From Geosiphon pyriformis uo1 (Eukaryota > Fungi > Glomeromycota), in contig JAAOMT010000046.1 in assembly GCA_016748015.1 (NCBI GenBank), positions 124,001 to 188,000 of the forward strand: a stretch of 64,000 nucleotides of DNA, written 5' to 3'. The notes beneath the pieces are model-generated. The model had not been told where the DNA came from. It saw only the letters and a program-made list of their open reading frames with translations, and did no database searches. Position 1 is the first letter of the stretch. The number at the start of each line of letters is the position of its first letter. A program made the position numbers and the translations under genes. This document shows positions 24,735 through 37,802 of this stretch, one piece after another.

Positions 24735-27700
24735 ATTAAGACATTACTCAAAAACAAACAATAAAAAAACTCTTTCTTTCTTAAATTTCATGACCACAAC
24801 TAGAGTTAAGAGTAAAAAAGTTGTAAACATTATATTTCTTATAGTAAATAATAAAGTTTCAACATAAAAAAATCTCTCTGTTATTGAAGCAGCTAGACAA
24901 AACATTCTGGCTACATTTCTTTTGAAAAATATTAGTGAAAAGCTGTTTTTAGCAGCTTTTGGTTCATTTTTTTCATCTTTGGCTGGTGGTTTTTCTCCAG
25001 TCAAAATTCCTTCCAAAAGATATACTCGGATTAGTCCTAATGTAGTCTCTACTACTTCTAAAAGCCCAAAGATTTTTAATAACAGACCAGTCAACAAGTT
25101 GATCTTTTCTGTTCTCACAACTTCTATTACTACTACTACTACTACTTCTGCTTCACAAATGGCTGCAAAAGCCAAAAATTCCAAAAAACAGTAGCAGACA
25201 GTCACAACTGCTATGGTCACACCAAATCTCTTCATGGTTTCAGATGAAATTTTGGGTAAAATCTTCACAACAGCAGCCAGTCCTCTTCCTGATATGAATG
25301 GCAATAACAATGGCTTAACTCCCAAGATAGATCAAGATTAACCACTGGCTGTGTTGTCTGATGTGGTAATCTTCAGCAGATCTTTTTCTGCCATGGAAGC
25401 AAAACAGTCCATCATTTCAGATGATCTTAAAGATTGGGCTAATCAGATGGAAATGGAATCATCTACTCCTTCCCCAATTTCTGGTGTTGCTAATGGAGGT
25501 GCTTGGATGAATGTGAATGGTCGACAAAGATTCTCTGAATGGGTGGTTTCTCCTCTTGTGCCTGGTGCCACATTTAAGATTAAGATGGCCCTTCTTAGTT
25601 TCTTGTTTTAGCTTCTGTCTGGTTGTATTAGGCTTAAGTCAGTTTCATAAAATGCTATTAAGTTGTTCTGTATAGAATTTGCATCTTAAGAAAGTTTAAC
25701 TGGTGCCACCAAAGTGACTATTGGTGATAAGATTTTTTTGACCATTCTTAAGATTGCAGTCTTTTGGTGTAGCCTCTATTTTTTTTCCTTCTTTGTCAGT
25801 TGCACTNNNNNNNNNNNNNNNNNNNNAAGCTGTTTTTAGCAGCTTTTGGTTCATTTTTTTCATCTTTGGCTGGTGGTTTTTCTCCAGTCAAAATTCCTTC
25901 CAAAAGATATACTCGGATTAGTCCTAATGTAGTCTCTACTACTTCTAAAAGCCCAAAGATTTTTAATAACAGACCAGTCAACAAGTTGATCTTTTCTGTT
26001 CTCACAACTTCTATTACTACTACTACTACTACTTCTGCTTCACAAATGGCTGCAAAAGCCAAAAATTCCAAAAAACAGTAGCAGACAGTCACAACTGCTA
26101 TGGTCACACCAAATCTCTTCATGGTTTCAGATGAAATTTTGGGTAAAATCTTCACAACAGCAGCCAGTCCTCTTCCTGATATGAATGGCAATAACAATGG
26201 CTTAACTCCCAAGATAGATCAAGATTAACCACTGGCTGTGTTGTCTGATGTGGTAATCTTCAGCAGATCTTTTTCTGCCATGGAAGCAAAACAGTCCATC
26301 ATTTCAGATGATCTTAAAGATTGGGCTAATCAGATGGAAATGGAATCATCTACTCCTTCCCCAATTTCTGGTGTTGCTAATGGAGGTGCTTGGATGAATG
26401 TGAATGGTCGACAAAGATTCTCTGAATGGGTGGTTTCTCCTCTTGTGCCTGGTGCCACATTTAAGATTAAGATGGCCCTTCTTAGTTTCTTGTTTTAGCT
26501 TCTGTCTGGTTGTATTAGGCTTAAGTCAGTTTCATAAAATGCTATTAAGTTGTTCTGTATAGAATTTGCATCTTAAGAAAGTTTAACTGGTGCCACCAAA
26601 GTGACTATTGGTGATAAGATTTTTTTGACCATTCTTAAGATTGCAGTCTTTTGGTGTAGCCTCTATTTTTTTTCCTTCTTTGTCAGTTGCACTTTGTAAT
26701 GTACCTTTGGATACTTTTTCTGATAACATCAAATCTGCTGTTGGTATTTTTGGTGTTATTACTTCTGTTAAGTTGAAGTCTGCTGGCTTATGGCAATATG
26801 CTGTGGTTTATTTCAAAGACACTTTTTCTGCTGCTGCTGTTCTTACTTACTGGTCTGTGCTGGTTAGAAAAGACAATATTAAGATTCTTTCTGTTGTCAA
26901 CCAAAATAATGTTATTTCTTTGAGAGATGCTTTTAAGGCTAAGTTGATCAATTTCCCATTTGCTTTTGAGATAAGTGATTTAGTTTCTCAAATTGGTAGC
27001 CATACTTGTTTCATTCTCTGCTCCCATAAGTCATACCAACATCAATGTTTTGCTGTGGTTATTTTTGATTCCTTGGAATCTTTGAACATTGCTGTTTCAA
27101 AAACTGGTATCTTGTATGGCTGCCACATCTGGTAAGAAACTCCTGGATGTCACTGGTGCTATAAGTGTTAAGGACTGGATTATTTGGTTGTGGACTACAA
27201 GGTGTTACCACCTCTTCCTCCCAAACTCTCTTTCAATTCTGCTGGTGGTCCCAAAATATTCAAGTCATCCTTTGTAAGATCTAAATTTTATGCCAAAGCT
27301 GTTGCCTATGTGGTTTCTTCTGTTGCTGCTGCTGTTGATATGGATTTGAATTTTGGTGCCTTCCAAAAGTGTTATACCTCTGCTGTTTGTTGTTTCTTCT
27401 GGTTCTGATGTTGCTGTTAATGCTAAGTTGGCTTTTCTGAAATTCCATCTTGGTAAACTGTTTTTGTTAATAAAATCCTTAGTTAAATCTGTTGGGTGCA
27501 CTGGTTGTTTTGATTACCAAATTGCTGTCTGCTCCACCTACTGTAGATGTGTCTATTAAGGAAAGTATGGCTGAGTTGGCTAACCAAAATAAAAGCTTTG
27601 CTGTTATTACTTCCATGATGCAGAAAAGAATGATACACCTTAAAAAAAAGTGTAAAAAAGCCTGCTTGGATGATGTATCAGATAATGACAACATGGATGA

Positions 27701-28072
27701 TAATAATGATGATGATAATAATAATGTTAAAAATTTTTCTGTTTATAATGACATCTTTGATCTTATAATAAATTTATAGGAAAACCAACTCTCCAGTATC
27801 AAATCCAATCCTGATTGGACTGCTAAGTGGATGAGTGGTATGATTAAGAATAGTCACAAGCTTGTTAGTATTATAGATAAAATATATAAATTAGATATGT
27901 TTAATACATTAGATAGCAAAGATAGTACTAGTGTGTAGTTAGAGCTTTCTGCTTGTGATTAGCCATATTTTGTGATATTGTATTATTGGATAAGCTGGCT
28001 TTATGAAAGTGGCACATTACTGTGAACATAACTAATAAACAACTGATATGGCTACATATTAACAAAAAAAAA
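24735..28072 (+). mobile_element. ORF1-only retroelement copy 3, full length (inflated by gap duplication)
   Basis: Perfect 13-bp TSD AATCTTGCCTGGT (24722-24734 / 28073-28085); ATG 24790, stop 27938, poly(A). Confidence 0.92.
25807..25826. other. Assembly gap (20 N) with unmerged overlap
   Basis: 24940-25806 is repeated apparently identically at 25827-26693. Confidence 0.95.
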
Positions 28073-29128
28073 AATCTTGCCTGGTTATTAAAACTCTTAG
28101 CTTAAGCAGTCAGAGATAATCAGCAACCACAAAAACCCAGATTTGAACCTCATTTTAATCAGTTTTAGCAACCCCCTTATTAAAAACAGCAAAATCATGA
28201 CCCACCTGTATGTTATCACTATGGATTAACTGGACATTTTTCTAGAGATTGCAACAATTTTCCTTTGTCTTCTCTAGTTTTTAGAAACAATGACAATCAA
28301 ACCAACAAAACTATTAACAACAACATTCTCAATTAAAGACCCAATCATGTCAACATCAATTTTTTTGGAAAAGATTCCCTAGTTGAAGCCACTATTTATC
28401 AGTCTTTAAACTGATAAGTGTACCTTCAAAAAATGAATATACAAGCCAATCAGAAGAAAACCTCTTTTATGCTTTTAACCTAACTGATGATAACTATGAT
28501 ATAGATGAACTAGCAATCAACACCTCTGAATTAACAAGAAAAAAGAAGAAAGCCAAAATTGATTTCGTTTTGGACCCAAACAAGGCATCCAAATCAACTG
28601 CTAATAACAATAAGCCACCAAAGACTAAAGTTTTTAAAAATTCTCCAAAGTTGGAACCCCCAAAAATAATACAAAAATTTGGCTCTTATTCTGTTGTTAA
28701 AGATCTCATAGAAACTCCAGCACACATTACATTTGGCCAACTAATAACCCATCCACAGTTCAAAAAAGCTCTTTACAAATTATTGATATCAAAGAAAAAA
28801 ACACCAAAGACTAACAAATGCTTTCACCAAGCTGAACTTGCTGATAACAACAATGTTACTCCTCTGATTTGTAAAGCCCAAATGGCTGGTTACTTTATTG
28901 ATCTGATCTTAGACAGTGAATTATCTGTTAGTGTAATTGCCAAACATTTTCTTGATGCAATTGACAGAAAGATTGATGAGCCTTCGATTTGACCAATGAC
29001 CAATATACATGGTGACAAGAAGAAAGGTCTGGACATAGCCAAAGCTGTTCTTGTTCATATCAATAGTATTAGCATTGAAACTGACATGGACATATCTGAA
29101 ACCAAGGAATACACAATAATCATTAACA

Positions 29129-32100
29129 GTAGACTAGAACAAAAATTCTTGAACTTGAACTATAGAAAAGTTGGAAATACAGGTTTAAGCCAATTGAGAG
29201 CATTCCAAATTATGCCATTAATAGTGTGATGGCTAAAATAACAAATGAAAAATTTGAACACATATTAAGTCACACACCTCATAACAAAGCTCCTGGCCAT
29301 CAGACATACAAGCTAAACTTTGGAGAAAGTCTGGGCCTAATACCAAGTCTAAACTGAGAACATTGTTTAATGCTTGCATAGAAGCAGCAAACATGCCTAA
29401 GGAGTGGAAAATAGCATAAGTCATATTGATTTCAAAGCCAAAAGAATGGGATGACAATATTAACATCACCAGGCCAATCACATTCATTAAAAGCACTAGA
29501 AAGATCTTAACAAAGATTCTAACTGCAAAAATATCAAAAGCATATAAGCTCTATAATGTTCTAAAAGGTTACAACACCTTAGTTTTAAAAAATACCTTCA
29601 CAGCAGTGCCAATTCATGTGATTAATGCTGTTGCTAAGCATGTAAGAGAATTTGATAATGAGACTTGGTTTATATTTCAGGACATAAGAAAAGCATATGA
29701 CTCAGTAAGATGAAAACTCATAGAAGCTACACTAAAAAAGATCAAAATGAACAATAAGTTTACTGAACTATTTGGCTTGATACACAACAATAAAAGCAAT
29801 AGAATCATAACTGAATTTGGGTTAAGTAATGAATATTAAGTACAAAATGAACTAGATCAAGGAGAAACATGCTCACCTATTATGTGAAAAATCTTCTATA
29901 ACCCCTTACTGTGCAAAGTAAAACAAGCCAATTATAGCCAGAGATACAAATTAACAGCTGAATAGAAAAAGTAGAACAATCAAGCAGACACACAATCTAT
30001 ACTGACATCAGTTAATTACCTTGTCTTTGTTAATAACACAGTGTGGATAGCTAACTTAAGACAAGGGATGCAAAGTATTCTAGACACAGCCAGCTCTTTC
30101 TTTAGAATAGTAGATATTGAGATCAACTTAGACAAGACTGAAACAATCGTAATCAGACTCTCCAAAAAGAAATTAGTGTTGGTTGAACCACTAAAATTTG
30201 GTCCAAACAAACAAACATTAAAATTGCTGGATCTATCTATATGCACCCAATATTTGGGAGTATGAATTAGAGCAGATGAAAAAAATGAAACTGTGCTAAA
30301 AATAATAGAATCTGATATTGAAACAGTATGTGGAGTTATTAGGAAAAAACACATTACTAAAAAACAGGCGATTTATATTTTTAACAGTGTATTTAGTCCA
30401 GCAATAGAATTTAGATTTCAATTAACCCATATACTAAACAGTTAGACCAATAAATAGAACTCAAAGATCTCAGCCACTGTAAAAAAAAAAGCAAAACTCT
30501 CAATAAATTTCCCAGCCAGTACCATGCATTACTCATTTTTATACAACTTGTTCAAAATTAATAATATACAAAGAAAAAGCAAGATCACAGATTTGTTGGT
30601 TAGATTAAACAGTAATGATATTGCTGGAATGGCTACAAAAATCAGACTAACCAACTTGTAAGCACAAAGGTAGTCAGCTCATAGTATACTTGAATATTCC
30701 ACTAATAAATGATCTAAGCCAAAAGTTAATCTTATAGCAAACATTATGCAGATAATAATAGAAAGAAACATCTTATTCAAAAGTTCTGGTAACACATATG
30801 GAGTACTTGAATCTTCAAGACCACATGCATATTTAATTGAGACAGTCATAACTCCAGATGTAGTCTACATTAAGATTAAACATTTACTAAGGAAGAAAAA
30901 TATTTTGTATTTACATTAAATTCAGAACAAAAATAAATTGTTAATAACATAAATGAACTTTACAAAGAAGTACAGACAAAATGACAGTGGTAGAATTCCC
31001 AAATGGTTTAAGGTTTTAGAGTCTACAATTATTATGGATAAATACAAGAACATTAATGTAATCTAATGTAAAACAGTAGAGATACATAAAATAGATAACC
31101 AAATACCAGATAACCTAAATACAATGCAAAGAGACTCTGTTTACATTTATATTTCTGATGCTCTATTACCACAATAGAGGAATGTGCAAGAGAAGTTGAA
31201 GCTCAGAAAGAAAATAGAAATATTAACAGATAGCTTACTAGTAAAAGCTGGTTCTAAAGATGCTAAAGGAGCAGCCACTTTTGTAATAGCAGTTAATGGA
31301 ACATTATCATTAACAAAAACTGAGACAAAAGCTGTATTGTTGGTTTTGGAAGCAGTACCTTACAAATAGAAACTAATATTGAACACAAATAGTCAGACAA
31401 TAGTGTCAACAGCTCAAAAATGGTTGTTCAAAGATTCTTTCTTGTCTATTAAGAATCAGCTTAAAACTCCTAACTGGCATACATGGAATGCAATTAAAGC
31501 AGTAATAAAGGAAAAAAAATTGATCTTAATATAAACAAAGTGGCTGCACACACTAATATATCCAAAAATAAGATGACTGACAAACTGGCCAAAGAAGCTA
31601 CTGCTTTTGACACAGTGGGATGAGCATACAATGCTAAGGATATCAGTTACATTCTCTTTTATAGAGAAGTTGAATTGGACCTAAATATCAGACATTTTTT
31701 GAACCAACAGACTGGAATTCAAGAAGCTTTAAATTAGATCAGCAATAACAAAGGACAAGAGACAGTAAAGTCTTTGAACCAGAGGATAGAGTGGAAATGC
31801 ACAACCAAAGTGTGGAACTGGAATAGTAAAATGTTATCAGGCTTCACCTTAGCTAGTTCTTCAACAATGCATATATTTATCATGAAATCATTCCACAACA
31901 TGCTGCCAATAGCAAAGATGCTATACAACAGATGTCTTTTAGTATATATGAACAATCTGTGCAAAGTATGCCACACAAAAGTAGAAACCAACCAACACTT
32001 TTGGGAATACTCTCTGAATACTCAAAAGGACAAGATGCTAATAGATGATATAAGGTATGAGTAGATATGGTGCTTATCAAAGACTGTGAAAGGGAAACAT

Positions 32101-32664
32101 AAAATCTTGGACCCTGGTGAGAGGATTGTTCTGTCTAATGAGTACATCAAGTCAACACCCAACATAAATCTGTTATGCAAAAGACTGATCAATAAGCAAT
32201 TCAGAAGAATTAATGCTTTTGCTAACATTAATTAGAGGGCTAATAATAATATCTTAATTAAGGTGTGTAAATAGGCAATGATACAAGCAAGAAATAGGTT
32301 ATGGAAGAAATATTGTAAGTTGCAAACTGAGTGAGAAAAATTGATAAGTATTGATAACAGAGTTAAAAGAAACTCATTATGGGTAACCAGCATACACAAA
32401 ATGTCAAGAAATAGTGGTAATAGTAGTGGTAATTTCAATATTAAAATGAGCAATGAATTTCAATGTTGTAATAAGATAGTAACTGATGTTTTGGGTAGTA
32501 GAATTACTTTAAGTAATAGTGTAATACCTCTTGGGTTATCTGGTTATACTAACATGTAGTTAGACATAACCACTTAGTAGTTAACACATCTTGTAATTTA
32601 GTTTATTAGATAAGTTGGCTTTATGAAAAAGTCATGCTTTTTGAGTGTGACTAAACTAAAAAAA
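29129..32664 (+). mobile_element. LINE family B, 5'-truncated ORF2 (RT, RNase H, C-terminal Cys motif), poly(A)
   Basis: TRPITF, QDIRKAYDSV, FVNN (=FVDD), YLGV, TDSL..AGS, CKVC..ETNQH; 16-bp TSD ACAATAATCATT(AA/GG)CA at 29113-29128 / 32665-32680. Confidence 0.92.
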
Positions 32665-32906
32665 ACAATAATCATTGGCAATGAATGGCTTAAGAAAGTA
32701 AAAACTCTCCTTAACTATGAACTTTGTGAGCTAACTATTAGATGTGGTAAAAAGCTCATTGTGGTTAAATGCTGTCATTGGACAACTCCTCCAGTACCCA
32801 AGCAAAACCAAGAAGAAAAACAATCAAATGAATCAAATGATAATGAGAGTGATGATGAAAAAAATCAAGAAGAACAAAAAAAAACTGCTAAACTCATTTA
32901 TACTAT

Positions 32907-35900
32907 TGTTATGAGTTGGAGTAACAAGCTAATAGATAACAAAAGAGAACAGAATTGTAAGGTAATAAAAGGAATCAAAGAAAATTCAACTTCAAAGAGC
33001 AAATTAAATAAGTATAGATTCAATGTGCAAGATCAATTTCATAAAATATTCCAGTCACTATACTTTTTAAAAGATAACCAGAGAATTTAAAGGTAGAAGG
33101 ATAGTCTGTACAGTCAACAAATGATCACACCTGGTATAATTCTATGCTTCACATTGGTGTTTTTAGAATTCAATAGCAAGTATTAGATGTATTCTTTAGT
33201 TATGTTTTATTTAATAATCTTTAAATGCTGTAATTATATGTTTTAAGAAAAGAGTAAAAAATAACCAACAAGTAATCTTTTATCCCAAGATGTTCAGATA
33301 CTTGAAGATAGGAAAAAAGAATTTAGTGATAAAAAAATGATTGAGATAAAAGTTGTTATTTTATTTATTTGATTTTCTTGATTTTTTACATACTTTTCTA
33401 CAGCTAAGAGATTTATTGCTTATATAGCTATCAAAAATAGTTAATGATCAGATCAATAACTAGGTCAATAATCAGGTCAAGAATCAAGTCAATGATCAGG
33501 TCAATGATCACTTTTTAAAAATAGAATGGCTAATTTATATAACATCAGTGGCTAATACATATGATAATTAATAAGAAGTATAAGTTTCAACCATAATATT
33601 ATCTTTTCTAAAAAGATTGAGCTTCAGCAAAATCAAGCTATTTATGATGTAATCTATTTGAAGAGTTTTATCTAACTTAAAGCTAACTTGTTTGTTAAAG
33701 TTTTTTATGAATAGGGTATATAACACTTGAGGTGAAATGAGTTTTGTATCCAAGAGACCAAATCTTTGTATTAGAGTTTTGGCTCTTCTAGTAATAGTTA
33801 AAACTCTTAGGACATTTAATTATATAATGTCCAAAATTTCTGCCTGTATTTCTGAAGTTGTTTTTTTCATGAGTTTCATATCCTTTATGATTTCACCAAG
33901 ATGACCATAGAGTTCTAATTGCCTTCTATATGACAAGTTTTTGTCTATAGATAAAATTTCTTGGAATGTTTTCCCAATTGTGTTAGAAGATGGAAGTATA
34001 GCTGCTGTTATACTTTCTAACAGATATTTATCCATTTTACTACCAATTCTTTTTTTTTTGGTAGTAGTTTTCTTTGGTCTAAAAACAATATGTGTTCTAC
34101 TGTTATCAGTTATGGTGGTTTGTTTTCCAATGGTCAGAGTAGCATTTAGATAGTTTTTTAATCTAATACTCATGAAAAATATAGAAGGCATTTTGAATGT
34201 TTTGATCTAGAAAATAATTGTTCATGTCAATTGCAAATACCTCTGTTTTGGAAATGGTGCATTTATTTATACTTAATTTTTGCTGATTATTTGAGTTGGT
34301 ATTATCACAACAGGCAACCAATCAGATCGTTTATAATATTTTTTGAATTGTGTATCATGAACAGAATGATCATTGAAGATTGTTCCAGATTGATCTTGAA
34401 GAATATAAAAACCATTGTTCAAAACTTTGTTGACTATAAAGAGTTTTTTTTACTGGCTAGAGAATTTATCACCATAAACATTGTCTCTGTCTGAATGGTA
34501 TTCTAATACCAAGTCACCAATACTTAAAGAGAGTGTTTTATAGGTTTTCTTTTTCTTAAGCTTTTCTTGGAACTGTTTTATTTTTTCAAAAGCAATTATT
34601 TGTGCTTCTATCAAGGAGTCAAGAATGGTATCAAGTCTTCTTTGCAAAATGTCTTTGTAATTTCCTATTGTGATTTCTTTAAAGAGTATTGTCTTAATAT
34701 CAGTTTCTATTGGTAGTGTTGTCATGCATCCATAGAGCAAATAAAAAGATTCATAACTTGTTATGTTATAATTTACAGTTCTATAAACAAACAAAGCTAA
34801 AGGCAGTACTTTGTTCTATAAGTTTGTTTTTTTACTGGTTTTGGTTAGAGTTTCACATAGTGTTCTGTTGAAACATTTTACTAGGCCATTTGTTTGAGGA
34901 TAATAAAAAGAGGAGAGTTTATAATATATTCCCATTTTTCTACAAAGTTTTTCAACCAGTATACTAAGAAAAGCTCTTCTTCTATTAAATAAAAATTCTT
35001 TGAAACAGCCATAACAGCAGATAATATTTTCATAAATAAAATTGGCTATTGAGACTGCTGTTTGATCTGGAGTGGCTCTTGCTTCTACCCATTTTGTAAG
35101 ATAGTTAATAGCTGTAATAATGTATCTGTTGCCATTAGAAGTTATTGTTAAAGATCCAACAACATTTATATTAATTCTGTCAAATAGTTAACCAATAAAG
35201 ATTGGATGGATATCTTTTTTGTAATTGGATTTGCCTCTTCTTTAACAAATGTTACAGGTTTTAATGTATTCAGCAATGTTTTTTTCCAAGGTAGACCAAT
35301 AATAGCGAGCTAAAGTTTTCTGAATTGTCTTTGTTTTTCCAAAATGTTTAGCTAATGGGTCAATGTGCATGTTATATATTATAATTTTTCTTTCTTTAAA
35401 TCTGATGACTCTTTGAGAATAGTCAGGATCTTTTCTGTTTCTTTTATATAACTGGTTCTGGTGAATCAAATAAAAATTTGATTGTTTGTGCAAATTTTTT
35501 TTTTGTTATTAAGTGTATTCTGGTGGGTATTGTCCTTTACTAAAAAATTCCATTAAAGCAGAGTAGTTGTCCAAGTTCATTATCATGTTTGTTTGTAAAA
35601 AAGCTACTAATTATTAAGTTGGTTTGGTTTAAGAGGTTGTATTGTCACTGGATAGTAAGTCTAGAAATAGCATCAGTATTTTGATGATTTGCTCCTTTGT
35701 GATGTTGAATATCATAGTCAAATTCATCCAAGTGTAATATTTAGCAAGTTATTTATTTGTGTTCCAGCTTCTTTTTATTGCACAGCCAAACCAAGGCTTG
35801 ATGATCTGTTACCACTAAGAATTTTGCACCAAGAAGATATTAATCTCAGTAACTAGTAGCCCAAACTACTGCTAAGTATTCCTGTTCAGTAACTGAATAG

Positions 35901-36829
35901 TTTTTTTCTGCTGGTGTAAGAGATTTACTGACATATGCTATGGCATGTTCTCTGTTATTTTTATCTTTTTGTGAAAGGACAACATCAAGTCTATAGCCAA
36001 ATGTATTAGTGTGGAGGATAAAAAGTTGGTCCAAATCAGGTTGCTTGAGAATTGGTTCAGTAACAAGTTTTTCCTTCAGAATTTCAAAAGCTTTTTGTTA
36101 ATGAAGTTTTCAGTGATAATTGACATTTTTTCTGAGTAGCTGATTGAGAGAAAAGGCGATTTTGGAGAAATCCTTGATAAATTTGTGGTAGTAAGAGGCC
36201 AAACCAAGAAAAAAGCATAGTTCAGGAACATTTATTGGTTGTCTAATGTTTTGGACTTTTTCAACTTTAGCTGGGTCAGAGAAAATTCCATCTTTTGTAA
36301 TAAGATGACCAAGGAACTGGGTGGATTGACATCCAAAGAAAGATTTGATTGAATTGATCTTAAAACCAACATTTCTGAGCAGATTAAAAACCTTCTGCAA
36401 ATATTTAAAGTGTTTATTCCAGGTTTTTAAGTAGACTATTATGTCATCTAAGTAGACCAGAACAAAGTTTTCTTTTACTGATTTAAATACTTTGTCCATC
36501 AGGCATTGAAAGGTGAGAAAAACATTGGTAAGACCAAAGAACATGACTATGAATTCATAAATGCCATACTTGGTAATGAAAGCAGTTTTCTTTCTGCTTT
36601 CTGAATTCATCTCTACTTGTCTGAATTCAGCAGTTAAGTCAATGATTGAAAAGAAAGCAGCACCATTGAATTTATCTAGCATTGCATCAATTTTGAAAAA
36701 TGAATACATGTCTCTTATAGTGATGGCATTTAATTGGTAGTAGTCAACACAAAAGCATAGAATTCCATCTTTCTTGAATATCACTACAACTGGGAAAGCC
36801 CATTTACTCTTGGTTTTTTGTATGAATTC
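32907..36829 (-). mobile_element. G1 copy 3, 3' half (RT, RH, IN, ORF3 34225-33568, 3' LTR 32907-33598)
   Basis: ORF 36110-36784 with YLDD; integrase fragments; LTR in reverse orientation. Confidence 0.92.
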
Positions 36830-37036
36830 TTTTCTTTTTTTTTTGTTAACGTGTAGCCATGCTGATCAATTATTAGTTAAGTTCACAGTAATATAGTGGT
36901 TTTATAAAGCCAGCTTACCCAATAATACAAAAATTACAAGATACAGCTAACTACAGGTGAAAAACCCTAACTACATATTAGTACTACCTATTCTACTTAA
37001 TGTATTAAACATATCTAATTCATACATCTTACCTAT
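36830..37036 (-). mobile_element. ORF1-only retroelement, 3' end with poly(A) (copy 4)
   Basis: Matches 17480-17675; T-run at 36830-36843. Confidence 0.85.
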
Positions 37037-37753
37037 TGTTACAGTTAAAACCCATAATTTTTATTAGTTATTACATATATTAGCCACTGATGTCACATAA
37101 GTAGCCACTCTATTTTTAGATAGTGATTATTGACCTGATTAATGACCTGACTGTTGACCTGATTATTGATCTGATCATTGATCTGATCATTGATCTAATC
37201 ATTGACTTAGTTGTTGATCTGGTTGTTGACCACTTTCAATAGCTATATAAGCAATGAGTCTTTTAGCTGTAGAAAATCATCTTTCAGACAAGAATCAAAT
37301 AAATAAAAATAACAATTTTCATTTCAATCACTCTCTTATTGCTAAATTTCCTTTCCCTACCTTCAAAGTATCCAAACATCTTAGGATAAAAGATTACTTG
37401 TTGGCCTTTTTCTGTTTGAATAATTGCAGTATTTAAAGATTATTTGAATAAACATGACTGAAGAGCACAAGTTGATACCTGATATTGAATTCTAAGAGCA
37501 CTGACATAAAGGCATAGAATTAATACCAGCAGTAATCAATTGTTGACAGTACAGACTATCCCTCTACCTTCAGATTCTCCAGTTACTTTTTGAAAAAAAT
37601 AGTGACTGAGATATTTTATGAGACTGATCTCACATATTGAATCCATACTCATTCAATTTGCTTATTAAAGTTGAATCCCCTTTGATTATTTCTATCACCC
37701 TACAATCCTGTTCTCCCTTGCTATCCGTTAGCTTGTTACTCCAACCCATAACA
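37037..37753 (+). repeat. G1 solo/recombinant LTR
   Basis: TGTTACAG...CAACCCATAACA; no PBS or PPT; unrelated left and right flanks. Confidence 0.88.
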
Positions 37754-37802
37754 ATATAAAACACTTTCCTTAAGTGTTGGTAACTTAGTTTTAGAATACT
37801 GT

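Larger units (their letters stand above)
22745..32906 (+). mobile_element. G1 copy 2 (5' LTR 22745-23461, PBS 23468-23484, gag, protease), interrupted by two non-LTR insertions and truncated
   Basis: gag 23511-24734 resumes at 28073; protease LILDSELS ~28900 resumes at 32665; ends at the inverted LTR at 32907. Confidence 0.9.

Noticed and set aside
24744-25325. Antisense ORFs across the ORF1-only N-terminus
   Set aside because: Explained by codon composition of the sense ORF; no motifs
24940-26693. 867-bp tandem duplication in ORF1-only copy 3
   Set aside because: Apparently identical on both sides of a 20-N gap in a region where all true repeats are diverged; unmerged contig overlap
29129-32664. 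Bipartite LINE with ORF1 and ORF2 on separate elements
   Set aside because: This copy is simply 5'-truncated, and the 19821-20020 fragment suggests LINE B has its own ORF1; not fully excluded
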